The translations under genes and the position numbers were made by a program. The notes under the pieces are model-generated. The model ran no database searches, was not told the origin of the DNA, and saw nothing but the letters and a program-made list of their open reading frames with translations. From NCBI GenBank assembly GCA_973895155.1, contig OZ316894.1, positions 19,320,805-19,384,804 of the forward strand: a stretch of DNA of 64,000 nucleotides. Reading direction: 5' to 3'. Within the stretch, counting starts at the first letter, position 1, and every line of letters starts with the position of its first letter. Of the stretch, positions 1 through 13,216 are shown in pieces. This stretch comes from Marsupella aquatica. Its lineage: Eukaryota > Plantae > Marchantiophyta.

Positions 1-736
1 AATTTCCAGTAAATGAGTAAAGGGTTTCAGCACAGAGAACCAATGCACTCACTCATCATCCTCCAACAGCCTGGTCAAGCTACCTATCCTACACTCTGTG
101 CAAGAAAACCACGACGCCAAGCTCAAGTCAGTAACCGTAACCAGAAGTGCTTTCATGACGGAATTCCAAGGAACAGGAAGAAGCCCTGGGCGGTAATAAT
201 ACAAGAAGGCCGACCAAGCTGAATTTTATTCACAAACCCAAAACAATATACTACCATCCAAGGACTTGAGCTAATCTCTCGGGATCATGTAGACCTACCT
301 ACCTACCTAGAGTACCTTCCTATAAACATAGTTTACCGCAAGCTCTGACTTATTATATTGCTACTGGTCAATTTGTTCAGCTGTTTGATGCATGTCAAAA
401 AATATGCCGCAGCTGGTGGACCAAAGATTTAAGTCGAGAACCGCAGCTGGTGGACCGACAATTGAGTCAAGGCTACCTATCCTACGCAGCTACCCACATA
501 TCTCGACGATCCTTACAAGAGGCTTCGATAGAAGAGAAGAGCCCCGTTCCTCGCTTTAGGCCAGCAAGCAGCTAACCGCACTCCTGCATCTCTTGGATCA
601 CCATAGTTACTTCCAACTGAGCTTAGTAGATGGCAATTAACCCCTTTATGCCGAGATACATACCTCGACATACGCCAATAGTAAGCAGGGAACTACATTC
701 ACATAGCTCTTGTCCCCGAGTCCGGGTTTCTAGGAT

Positions 737-1171
737 CTAATCCTTCCCAACAATTTTGTGTAGGGTCGAACTGATCTTTTCTCCGATCGAAGTGCCCTTG
801 GAGGGTGGCTTTTTATCAACATCTTCGTGGGTCACCTCGACTGGAGACTCCTTAGTGGTGGGAGCACTCTTGCCCCCCTCAGGTCCAGTTTCTTTCACAG
901 TAGTCCCCACAGTTGAGACCGGGGGGGTCTCTTCAGCCGGCGGGACGATGTCATGGTCGCTCTTCAATTCCTCAGCAAATGCTTCAGGTACCTCAGACTT
1001 GACGACGCCGTCGTCCGTCGCGGGACCCGTCGTTTCCTTGGTTTCCACATGATGCAGATGCGGGGGGTTTTCCTTGAGCTCGTCTAACACGGCCTCTTTC
1101 GTCTCCTCTGGTGACTCCGCCGCTGGAGCCTCGCTCGCGTCCTGGAATTTCTCCGGCCTGCACCTCACCAT
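737..1171 (-). CDS. Small acidic, hydrophilic (LEA/dehydrin-like, probably disordered) protein, 144 aa
   Basis: Single ATG-started ORF rich in E/P/T/K. The C-terminus KGTSIGEKISSTLHKIVG resembles a dehydrin K-segment-like amphipathic helix, and the internal VLDELKENPPHLHHVETKE resembles a WH2/beta-thymosin motif. No firm family assignment. Confidence 0.7.
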   Translation of the reverse strand: MVRCRPEKFQDASEAPAAESPEETKEAVLDELKENPPHLHHVETKETTGPATDDGVVKSEVPEAFAEELKSDHDIVPPAEETPPVSTVGTTVKETGPEGGKSAPTTKESPVEVTHEDVDKKPPSKGTSIGEKISSTLHKIVGKD

Positions 1172-2526
1172 GGATCTTCAAATCAGAGGTAAAACCCAGG
1201 ATCTTTAAATCAAATGTGAAGTACATGATCATCAGACCGACAGGTACATTGCCGCGCTCTGGAGCTCAGAAATTCAGACAGGACTCTGCTCTTTCACATA
1301 TAATTATGGGTTTTCCTTACTAATCAGTAGGCAGGATAGTTCATACAAAGCGGACAGGGTCCCAACAATCATCAGATCTTAAGAAACAGATTCCACTCGC
1401 AAAATAGTCATAAGCAGTTCCTCCTCAGCCCAAGAAGAAAAAGTTCGCATTGTGGCGCATTGAGGCAGAAAGTTACAGCTCCGGAGAGCGAACTCCCAAA
1501 CAAATTGAGGAGACAGTACCAAATCTCTGAACCAACTATAGCTGCTTCTCATAACTAGAGCCCTTCACTTGATTTTATTAGATTGCAGCCAACTATTCGA
1601 CGCTACAGAAAGCTTCACTGGACATGTGGAAGTAGCTTAGCGTTGACGACGTTCACTTACTCTTCAATTTTCAGTTCGCCCAACTTCTCGTCCAAGCTTT
1701 CCTGCGACAAAGAACAACCCCAAGCCAAAGGTAGGATCGTTGGTTAGCTCAGAGACTCCCAACAGTCACTACGATCCAATGAATCCAAATCCCATCAAAC
1801 ACGAACAGACAGTAGCGAACACAAGTCCACAACGCCACAACAGTGCCGGCTAATTTGAGAGTGAAGAAAATTTATCATGAATTGCACATCATCGATAATG
1901 TGCCCTCTCAGTCACTCCTCCTCTCACTGGGGAGAATTGAACACCCATGATAGTGGTGGACCGGGAATCATCCGGATCCCAATCAGGGCCTCAATTGAAA
2001 TTAAGATCGACCCAAACCCACACAAAACGGCAACAACACCAAATTCGACCAACTCAACGACCCAATCCGGAAACAAACTGGAGCTGAACGGCCGAACCTT
2101 CGTAACAGGGACCTCCTCCGATGCCATGATTGTCGATGAATTCAACCTGAAACACCCAAACAAGCTAGATCGGCAGATCTCGAATCACCGCTGCAGCGAT
2201 CGATGCAACGAGCTGGGGCCTCGATTCACACAAAGTCAGAACGATGCCACAGCCGATAGAGCAGAGCTGAGCTGCGCTGCCGCCGAGCTGCCGCCGATGG
2301 AAGGCTGGACGGATCGAAGCTGCGCGAGGCTGGTGATGACGAGTCGAGCATGCACAGCCGTGGCGGAGATGGAGCAGCAGGTCGATCGAGTAGGCAGCAG
2401 ACACGTCGAGAGGATTCCAGCCGCGTCCAGTCAGATGAATCAAATGCGTTTGCGTGTATGCGTCACGAGTGTTGACGCACTTATAGCGATCAAAGCGACT
2501 GAAACGAGAGCATTTCTTCAGCGAAA

Positions 2527-2640
2527 GCAAAGCAGAGCAGAACAGAGCAGAGCAGAGCAGACCGAACCGAACAGAGCTCCGAACCGAACAGAGCCGGACC
2601 GAACAGAGCTGAGCCGAACAGAGCTGAGCCGAACCGAGCA
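2527..2640. repeat. Compound pentanucleotide microsatellite (GCAGA)n/(CCGAA)n/(GAGCT)n
   Basis: gcagagcagaacagagcagagcagagcagaccgaaccgaacagagctccgaaccgaac... is read directly. It lies upstream of the 737-1171 gene. Confidence 0.85.
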
Positions 2641-5600
2641 CCGCCCCCACTGCGGCACCCGCCCCCTGCACGCCCCCCTCCTGCTCGGAGCCAGAGGGGT
2701 AGTAGGCTGTGCGTTCCGCTGTGCTGCGAGCCGTTCGAATCTGTCCGCGTGTCGTTGGATAAAGACCACCACGATGGCAGTCTTGTCGCAGGAGTTGATT
2801 CTGTCCCTAGTGTACTTTGCACGTAACATGTAACTTGTTGTTTCTCTTGCTGAGGTAACGTGTAACCTAACATTTTTCTGGGGGCTTTAGTTCAATGGGG
2901 TGTCTCAAAGCTCATAATCTGATGTACCTGAATTTCATAGTAACGAGTTACCCCCCACACAAAATCGGGCTTGGCAATGAAATATTTGACTATTCGCAGA
3001 ATTTATCTCACTTTTGATTGTTTTTCGCCATATTATTCTGTCATCTGATAGGGAAGCCCGAGGGAATACCAAATTCCATAGTCCATTACTTTCGCCACAA
3101 AGATTATAGGTATCCAAGTGCCATTAGTTAGTGTAAAGGCTCGTGCATAAAGAGCTTTTACATAACCATGTGACAAAGTTTTGAATCCTTTGTGGCTCAA
3201 AAGTTATGACAACTTTATGGACATGATCCATAAATTTGAAGCTTTGAGGCTCCCTAATGTCCTTTCATTAGTTCATAAACTTGGTTTGGTGCTACCTTGT
3301 TCAGGAGCCTATTTAGGTTATTTGTCTTATTCAAACTTTTGATATGTATTTTAAATTTTACTTACCTTGGACAAGTTGCATATTTTGTGTTAGTGTGTAC
3401 TTTGAAGGTGTTTCCCCCCTCTCTTAATGTTTATACTTTTCTTTTTTCAGAACTCCTCTCTAGGTCAACATTTATTTCTCAACATTTATTTCTCAATCTT
3501 GCCAACCCATTGTCAGAATAGATCATTTCTAGATCCTTATAATTAAGTCTATTAAAATACACTGAGGATACCTGAACCCTAACCTATTTCTTCCCAAGAG
3601 TGTAACTAAGCCAAGGAGTGTGAGAAACAAACACTTCAAGATAATGCCAAACCCCTGCCAGGCTTTTAACTTCTATTCAAAATGTTACTTCCTAACTATG
3701 TGGTTTTGAGTGACTTACATATGACTAACTAACAGTCACTATGAGAGAAACAGTCATGAAAATTCCACCACTTAATATTTGAAAGAAATTTATAAATCTT
3801 GTAGAAGCTAAATAGTTGTGTACTAGAAAAATAACATGTGGGGATAAAAGTGTGGCCGACACTTTGTAAGGCCATAACACTAAGGAGAGGGCACAAGTCA
3901 AACTTACTACTTTATTTATGCTTTAAGGTGTTCATAAAAAAAATTCCAACTCTAAAAAGAATGATTAGTCTTAAAATTATAATCTTTTTGAGCTAGAAAC
4001 GCTACAAGCAAAGCTACTTAACTTTCTTTTGGGAGACCCTAACAACTTTAGTTAGCTTAAAGAAAATTCTTTTGCTGATTTGTCTAGAACGATACAATAG
4101 TTCTAGAAATTTTTAATACCATTTGGGGAAGGTTGCTCAAAGTTAGACCAACCTTAGTGTCCCTTCATCAATTGCACAATATTTAACTTTCAAGGAAGTG
4201 TTATACGTGGGGGTTGAGAAGCTAGGGTCGGTTTGGGATGTTTATTTTTGGCTTGGAAAAGGATACTTTAAAGTTCAATGTTTCATGTGAACTAAGGTAT
4301 CATGTTGTAAAGAGCAACATGGGGTGTAAGGGTGTACATTAATTGAAGAGATGTTACCTTGGAAGGGGGGTTATGAACCTCAACCATGGGTGGACTGTGT
4401 CAATGACATTTAAAAAAAACCATCAGTTGAGTTCTCCAGGTTAGAAGTCATATGATTTTCTCTCAATCTACTTATGTAGATAATTTGAGCCCCTTTGAAA
4501 AAGAAAAAAAAACCAAGCAAACAGTAAGGTTTTGATACTCCCATTGAGGATCTAAATCCCATTTGGGCACACTTGGGATGATGTAGACGGGGATGTAGAT
4601 TTCATTGTAGCTTTAAACTTGGTGGTCATGTAAATCTTTGGCAAGGCAAGTGCCATTTAACCCACCAATGCACCTCTAAAGTGTTACTCTCTCATTATAA
4701 AGTTCAGAGGAGATTCAGGAATGGGCTTGAGCTCCACCAAGGTGATGAGTGCATAACCTTTTATTGGCAAGTGCTCCACCTTTTATGTTGAGACCTTGCT
4801 CCCCACATGACAGGCATGAGGAGTACAATAGTGAGGGAGGGAATACAGGAGGGAATGAGGCCTTTATAAGGGCAGGTGTGGTTTGATTGTATTTGACACA
4901 ACCATTTTTGGCAGCTACAGTTAGAAATGATCTAAATGAGAAATCTCTTCTAATTTTGCTACATGGTGATCATTGCCAAATTTAAATAAAACTCTGAATA
5001 GTTGGAATGCACTTATCAGAGTTCCATTTTTTAACCCAGAGAGGCATGACTTTGTGGCACCTCACTTGAGTAGAGACTGATAGGTCTTGGGTTCAATTAT
5101 TGTGGTTAACTCTTCCCTTTCTGTGGGATTTCACAGATTTCCCCTTTAAAAAAAATTTTAAAAAAATAAATATTCTCAAGGAAAGTTACATTTTGTTATC
5201 TTAAGCACACTAAAATGGTAAAAACGCCAGTGAGAACTGTAACTCTTTTTTGGGCTGTGGCAGGTGGCAAAGGGGACAGACGTGCTATTGTGCTAAGCTA
5301 AACTACATTCGAACTGAAAGACTGCACATATGTATATACTAATGAAGTGGCAATATGGCATTGTGGGCCATCAGGCTCTAAAAAAAGAGGGCTTTAGCTC
5401 AAGTGTTGAGGAACATTTATTGCCCATAATCCCACCCATAATTGTGCCCTACTGTAGGTGTTAATACGTTAAAAGCTTAAAAGATTTTATAATTGTTATT
5501 ATTTATAGTAAAATCAGAGAAATAAACTCAATAAATAAATAAAATAATTCTGCAATCATGTGTATAACATTCGTCTCCATAAAGCATCCAAAAGTACAGG

Positions 5601-7439
5601 GAGAAAAATCATGAAGGGCATTAATAAACTCAAGATACTCTGGTCTCATCATCCCAAGGAAGATATTGTTCCTTTCCTTAACTATCGTTAATGGCTTGAA
5701 AGAGCTAGAAAATAGGTTCTTGGAATTGGGCTGAAGATTCACCTTCATGAAAGGTTCAAGATTCTTCTGAGTCTATTAATATTTTATAGTTCAGAACGTT
5801 TTGGATTGCACTTTTAAACGCAGATCCCCTCTCATAAGATTCTTTAGCTCTTACAGATAATGAAATAGAAGGAACTCTTTGTATAGCTCTCTCGTGACTA
5901 GCCTGACTGCCCAATTTGAAAAGGTAAATAGAAATGAGGACATTGAAGTCCTTTGCCCATTCCCCTATTTGCGAGTTAGATTGGGCCATTTTCAAAGGCT
6001 CACCCTAGCCCCAATTCTCATTGTCCACCCTTACCCCAACTTCCCTTATGCCCAACGAGTCATGGTCTTAAAGTTCACTCTAGATAGTAGTCTTTTGACA
6101 GTAGGATTTCCTTGTAATAGTAGGTTCTTCTTGCAATTGCATATAAAAAGTAGCAGCTAGATACGCAAAAGGAACAATATTCAGTAATATAACAAAATAA
6201 TTGAGTTTATCAAGATATGAAAAATACACCAACCTGTGAGCACATGCCTACACCATTACCAAGTTTAATGGTATGTAACCAATAGGTGGGAGAACATCAA
6301 TCTTATTTATAAAGCTTCAACTACAAGCTAGAGTTGGGGCTTAGGCTTCTAGAGTGAAGCCTCTAGACCCTAACTTGATGGCTCATCATGTAGGTGGATG
6401 GGAAAATTCATGACTATATGATATATGTTAAATGATAATCATGTATTTTTTTGGTCATAATTTATATTTATATTACAAAATGAGCTCTATGGTCTCACCA
6501 TAACATGTATCTATGTTAGCGAAAGAGGAATATGAATAGAAAAGAGTATGATATGTTATGAATGATTATTAAAATAATGATAACCTTCAAAAAATGTGAA
6601 CAAGGAATATATTTTGGTGACATTTTTATTGTACTCCTTGTTATTCACGTTCAAAGAACGAGTAGCTGGGGCTAGTCTACTTAAATTGAAATCAACATAA
6701 AAACAAAAACTTCTACATGCAGTCTAAAGCACCATAAGAGCGAGCAGAAAAGGGTATGGTCTAGACTAATTTCCTAGAATAAAATGTGATCAGTACAATG
6801 TGGAGTTTTAATGGCTTCCTACCAGAAGACATTCACGTGAAAGAACTGAAATTGAGAAGTGAAATAGATTTAGATTAGATAAAAACCCAGATGACCAAGA
6901 AAAAGATGAGATGATGCACGAGACAAAAGTTAATATGATCAAAGTAAAATATGTCAAAAATCCAGTCAAAACTCTATTTAGAGTGGACATATTTTCCTTT
7001 CTCTTCCTCTTTTTTTTAAGGGTTACACTTGCTTTTCTTTTTCCTTGTTTGGTGTATATCCTTTTTGGACCTCTTTTTCTTCCCTTTCATTGTACTTTTT
7101 TTTCCCTGATTTATAAATGGTGGTGGACGTTTTAGATGTTTGGTTGTTTAAAGCACTCATCAGGTATATCATGGTCAATCCTGATGTCAATTGATTCTAC
7201 TTAGGAGCCCTATGCCTGTGCAGCGCACACGGCGCATAGAGGGCCAGCCCATAGGGAGTTGGACTGGGGCATTTATAGGGCAGAGGGAAGCACATATGTG
7301 TCCGGGTGCACATTTCCTCCATCAATGGTCAAGGGAAACAGTCAATCAAATCCAACGGTTGTGTATCTTTAATTTCCCGCCCATGAGCTTTTTTGTATTG
7401 GAACAAACGACAAACAAAGATGGAATCCCTTATTATAGT

Positions 7440-7700
7440 TGTAGATTTATGCTAAAGGGCCCCACATAGTGTCCATGTTGTTGAGTGCCCCAAGAACAGT
7501 AGCCAAGCATCTATGCTTTCCATTGCCACCCTCTTTAATTTTGCAAATTCGCTTTCTATCCTACTTTGTGGTCCTTCTTTGAGTGTTGTGGGTGTTGAGA
7601 TGAGATATTCTTCTCCTCAAGTAGATGGACTTGCCCTACACCAGCCTATCCCAGAAAATATTTATGGGCGAAGATCTGGTTCCATGGGATCTCATCTACA
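7440..7700 (+). repeat. Dispersed repeat, inverted copy of ~14700-15000 (decayed TE remnant)
   Basis: Blocks aagggcccc/acata-tgtcca-tgttgagtgccccaagaa, aagcatctatgctttcc, ttttgcaaattc and tactttgtggtcc are shared with the reverse complement of 14700-15000. Confidence 0.6.
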
Positions 7701-9596
7701 AGCCAAGGTTGGTCCCATATAAGGCTCCACCAAGTCCCGTGATTGACAAGTGCGTCATGGCACATGGCACCTTAAGTGAGGAGGGGTGGAAGAGCCACCC
7801 ACACTGCCTACTATAGTTAATGTTACTACAAACGGAAACAGTATGACACTTTAAATAGTGTGAGAATATGTGTAGAAGAATATAAATAAAGCTCAAATAA
7901 CACTATTTATGGAACATACTAACATAACACAAAAATCAGTGAGTCCTATGAAAACACACAATATAATTTTTTATGAATGAATGAGTAATGGGAATCTAAT
8001 GGTTAAATAGTTAGGCTCTCTTGACTTAATGTACATTGTGTCTATGCTATTGTCCAAAAATCAACCAATTCCATACCATTTTCAACTCAGATTTTTCACA
8101 ACCAAAAACAACATTCATGGTTTCATGCAACTTACCATTTTTGGTATCAATAGCCACACCACAAATAATGAGCTGAATTCCATGAATGGTGTTAGTTGTA
8201 ACTCTGACTAAATCACTTGCAATTGTTAGCAAGACTATTTCAAGAGGGATTCAAAATTTCCAGAGCTACACAACTGCTATTTAATTAAAAAAAAATTTTA
8301 ATTTTTTTTTAAATTTTTATTAGTAACTGTTATTAGTAACACTAACTACAACAAATACTGTAGCTAGAAGTCAAGATGCCTTATGGTCTCCCAAAAACAA
8401 TGAGATCGTGTGAATAAAATGTATTAAAGCTCTACATGGCTTAAATCTGTGCAAGGGCATTTTGAGATTTGTGCTCTTCTTGTGGGTTAATAAAAAATGT
8501 AATATCTCAATTTGCATGAAATTTGGATTTGTCATGTGGAGAAAGAAGACAAAGCCCAAGAAATGGTAGGAGTGAAAGATCCTTCATAGTCGCAAGTGTG
8601 TAAACTCCTTGTTACCATGGGCACTGTGTGGGCTCGAAGACCCCCCAAAATGAGGGCTTTAAGCAAAAACTACCCCCTTGATTGGGTCATTGGCCTGAAG
8701 GATTGTGTCCCCTTGGGCACCTTTTGTTCTTTAACAGTTACTTTGAAATATATATACTTACAACTTACCATCATTCCTCAATTTTCTTCAGCTTTATTTT
8801 ATTGGTGATCACACTTATCTATAGCTTGAAATAAACACCTATGGTACAGGTTTTTTTTATGGCACAAAAGCGTTTCATCTACACTAGATTTGTATAGGAT
8901 CCTAAACCTACACAAACTCCAACCCTCTTCACACATAGTTTAAGGACTAACTACTTAGCTAGAGGGTTATCATATGTAGTGCCAATAACACAATGCCCTG
9001 GATGCATTGCACAGAAATGTGGAGGTGAGGCAAAGCAGAGCAGGCCCAAAGCAGGTGAGAGAAGGAACTGTTTCTCTCCAATCATGTTGTGGATACTGAA
9101 GGCTTGTTATTTTGGCTGGGTGGCTGTTCTTGTCACTCAGTCTGGTCTATGCTGTTGTTAGTCAAGTGATTTGAGGGGGGGGGGGGGAGCGGGAGGAGTA
9201 CAAACCATATATAAGAGCATCTCCACCGGGACCCGCAAACAGCCCCACAACCTCCATACGCTGCAAGTAGTGGCTATTCTTGCCTGCGAGCCTCACCACC
9301 ACCACCCCGCAACCTCTATTTAGGTTTCAGGCTCCCCTAAAATTGGTCACCTTAACCACAACATTTGGTAGCATTCGCGGTCGGGGGCCAAAACCCCCAT
9401 TTTGAGCGCCAGGCGCGGGGCCAAGCGAATTGACGATGCAGACTGTTGCACGCATCGCCATCCTAGGTTGGGTGGGAAAGAATTCCCGCTTGACCATTTT
9501 TGCACAGTCAACTGACAATTGTCGTGCGAGCCAGAAAATCCTCGTGCAAAAGCACTGTTGCACGATCCTCGTGCCCATCTTGATCAACACAGAATC

Positions 9597-10718
9597 ATGG
9601 CGACCACTCGAGGGAAAAATTATATGGAAAGTGAGTTGAAGCAACTATGCTATAGTGTGCCTCATGTTTTGCAAGATCCTGTCATTGGAACTGGCCAGAG
9701 AGCTGAGAAATTTTGGGATTGAGTAGCAGAGCATTACCATAGGAACAAGGGTTGGGAGTTTGATTGAGAACAAGGGGAAGAAATCACTCGAAGGCAAGTG
9801 GTCTGACATCAAGCATGATGTTCAAAATTTTTTGAGAACAAGGGGAAGAAATCACTCAAAGGCAATTGACTGTCTGACATCAAGCATGATGTTCAAAAAT
9901 TTATAGGAGCATACCAGCAAGTTGATAGTAGACAAGTTTTGTGAATGAATGTTGAAGTCACATTCAAATTTGCCAAGGAGCTATACAAGGAGCTAGAATC
10001 ATCCTATTTAAGAAAAAGATTTTTGCTTCTGATTGATGCTACTACATTCTAAAGGATTGCCCGGGGTTTATGAGTCTAGAGAACAACATACCGAAATGGA
10101 AGAGCAAGTCACAACCGTCGAGACAAAAATTCACCCTACAATGACAGCCCCGTTGCAAAGGTGGTTGAACTTGATTCAGACAATTCTCTAGGCAAAAATG
10201 GAGATGACATGAGTCCAATCAAGGTTCAAGCAGAAAAAGGCCAATAGGAAATCAAGCTGCAAAGGAAGAGCTTAAGAGGAGGAAGAGCCATGATGATGCA
10301 TTTAAAATGTCAGCATTGGCTCAAAAAGAAATGGTAGTTGCCAACACTATCAGGTCTCTTGCATACCAAAAACAATTCAGCTTTGGCTATGCTTTGGCTG
10401 CCTACAGAGCACATGAGTCCACAAATGCACAAGCTATGGGAGTCCGATTGGAAATAGGCTGAATCTATTAAATTGATTCAAAGGTTGTCACAGCAAAATG
10501 CATCACTTGTATAAACTATTGGGCCATCCTCCATACCTGCCAACAATTTGAGTGTTCCACCTCCAATTTTAGTGGATTCATCTTTGCCTGAATCACTAGT
10601 TCCAACTCCACTGCCCACCGAGGATCCCCGCAAGGATCCTTCAAATGATCTTGAAGTTGCATGGCTTGCATAGGAAGTAGATCCATTTGCAGGTCCAAAA
10701 GGTGCAACAATTTTGTAA
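9597..10718 (+). pseudogene. Harbinger ORF1 (Myb/SANT-like DNA-binding protein), disrupted
   Basis: MATTRGKNYMESELKQLCYSVPHVLQDPVIGTGQRAEKFWD*VAEHY...SLEGKWSDIKHDVQKF is typical of PIF ORF1. It has stops, frameshifts and an internal ~68-bp duplication (9764-9900). Confidence 0.8.
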
Positions 10719-11142
10719 TGCGGATCATCCGTTACTAAAATAAAAAGCTTGTTGTTTGTAATTTAGCAAAGTGTACAATGAGTTTCAATATGTTAATTTA
10801 GTCATTTGCACTTGCGGTCCAATTCAATCAGGGTTGCACCATTCAGACCTACAGTCCAATCGGGAATCCAATTCAATGAACTGTGCACATTCACACAATA
10901 AAAAAAGCCAGAGAATTGACAGTACTTCCATTTGATTCATAATTTTCCGTTTCAAAAATGGCCAGACCAAGTAGTCCATGGCAGTCATAGTTACAAGCTC
11001 ACAGAATGAGCAAAATGTGCAAGTGGAACTAAAAAAAACCTAAGCCTCACTACACTGTGCCAAAAATTCAGTTTCAAGCTGAAATAGAAACCTGGAATTG
11101 CTCCATGACAAGGATGCTATTGATCATTATTAATGAAATGCA

Positions 11143-11512
11143 ATCCTAGTACCAGTCCCAGTCCCCAGCCATCTCATCATGAATCAGGCTCCTCCACATT
11201 CCTGCCCTTCAACTTTGTCTGCTCCAATGCAATAGAGCCTGAAGAGCCCTCCTTTGGAGCCTTTGTGGGCATCTCCACAATAGCTGACCTCTCGACCCGA
11301 TCCTCCATAGCCTTGCCCTTCACAAGCTCCACCTCCACCTCTTTGCCGTGTGCATCAAGTTCATTCCTGGCCCTCAACATCAACAGGGCTAGGTGCCTAT
11401 ATCGAACCTCCATTCTGTCATCATTAGAGTCCCACAATGTGGACTATTTGCTCTTCTACTTCTCCACAACAACGTGCTATTTACCCTTTCTTGACTTCTT
11501 GGTGGGAGGCAT
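11143..11512 (-). pseudogene. Putative third ORF inside the Harbinger element, disrupted
   Basis: ATG at 11512 gives MPPTKKSRKGK*HVVVEKVEEQ, then a frameshift into WDSNDDRMEVRYRHLALLMLRARNELDAHGKEVEVELVKGKAMEDRVERS. Composition is coding-like and charged. Confidence 0.4.
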
Positions 11513-11882
11513 GATGCAAACAAGAAACCGACCTGTGGTGAGGGACCTGTGGCGAGGGAGCGAATCCAGACACTGACAATCGAGCGGGCGATCAAGAGCT
11601 CGGGTGAAGGAAGTGCGAGCTTCAATTCCTCACTCCACACTGAAATTGAAATTGTCCGAAAGCCCAAAAAACCCAAATGGGGTGCCCACAAAGAAAGCAC
11701 AAACTGGAATGAATGAATAAATGAGCCTGAGGTGCAACAACTCTACCATGCACGAACAAACGGAAAAGCTGTGGGAACTGGGCTATACAAAGTGTGTGAA
11801 GGGAATTGTACAAAGTGTGCAAGTATTTTGTACAAATTGCACAAAATAAATGTGAAAGACACTTATATAACTCACCTGAACG

Positions 11883-13216
11883 TCAATTTGCACAACCGGC
11901 CCCCTTTGAATTCCATAAATGGTCCACAAGGTCATTCCTTAGCTGGAGATAGGACCCTTTGTAATGAATTTGCTTGGTAGCTTCCAAGAATTGCAACCAT
12001 GGCATCAAATCTCTTCTCACTGCTCTATGGTGGACGAATGACCAAGTATGGAGTGAGTTTAGGGTTTGATCAAATCTCTTCTCTCTCATCCTCCAGTATT
12101 ATGTTGTGCAAGATCACACAGGCCATTAAAATGTTTGTGAGGTTAGCCACAAACCAAGACCGTGCAGGCCTTTTTACAATTTCAAATTTGGCTTGCAAAA
12201 CTCCCAAAGCCCTCTCCACATCTTTCCTAGCAACTTCCTGGCATTTAGCAAAACTATATATGCCTCAATTTTTCAGACTGCGGTACATGCACAGTGGAAA
12301 TAAACATAGACCACTCAGGGTATATACCATCGACCAACAAGTAGGCTTGATTGTATTGTACTCCATTGACTTGAAATGGGACCTTGGCAGATTCATTTGC
12401 CAACTACTCATTCATAATGGAGACTTATCTAGAACAGTGATGTCATTATTTCCTCCAGCTAGGCCAAAAAAAGCATGCCAAATCCACAACTCCTGATCAG
12501 CAATTGCCTCTAAAACGAGGGACTTTGCTTTGTCCTTGTCTTGGCATTGACCCTGCCAAGCTACATGGCAGTTTTTCCACTCCCAATGCATGCAGTCCAA
12601 GGACCCAAACATCCCGAAAAACCTTCTTTGTTTGTTTATTCCAAGATTTCTTTTCCAATCCTCCCCTGTTGGCTTTCTCAAATAAATTGGTTCATAAATT
12701 GTCTGATAGCTGTCACAAACTTGTATAGAGACTCAAGTGCTGTTGTTTCAGCAATCCTACAATATTCATCTATTGCATCCGTCCCCATACCATATGCAAG
12801 TTGTCTGAGAGCTGCAGTGATTTTCTGATGAGGAGAAAGACCAGGTTGTCCCGTTGCATCAAATTAAATAATTGTCATGTGCTCAAACAGCTGAGAGAAT
12901 TTTATTGAATAACCTAGAACTCATACAATACCTCCTTCTGAATTTCAGTTCATCATATATGTAGGATTCTTAGCAAAGTAGTCATTCCATAGATACTATG
13001 CACCTTTGCCTCTCCTCCTGTCCACATTTGGAGCTTTGCTTGGCCTAGACCCTCCATGCTTTCTCTTTCTTGATGCCCCTTGTACAATGGATTGGATTGA
13101 CAATTGTCCACTGACAAAAATCTGCCCCCCCAGAAATTGTGCTCCTCTTCCCACACTTCTTTGTCTTCCTCTATCAATTTGAACAAGTTGTCCCTCCATA
13201 TTTTTGTGGTAGCCAT
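11883..13216 (-). pseudogene. Harbinger/PIF DDE transposase, disrupted
   Basis: Motifs GMFGSLDCMHWEWKNC, LWIWHAFFGLAGGNNDITVLDKSPL, VDGIYPEW, RKDVERA.GVLQAKF and QLRNDLVDHLW are split over several frames. Confidence 0.93.

Noticed and set aside
1877-2873. 318-aa ORF and overlapping antisense ORFs
   Set aside because: They are kept open by GC-rich leader sequence and pentanucleotide microsatellites and have no domain-like content. More likely the 5' leader/promoter of the 737-1171 gene.
5040-5110. tRNA/SINE-like B-box (gggttcaatt)
   Set aside because: No T-stem, cloverleaf or convincing A-box.
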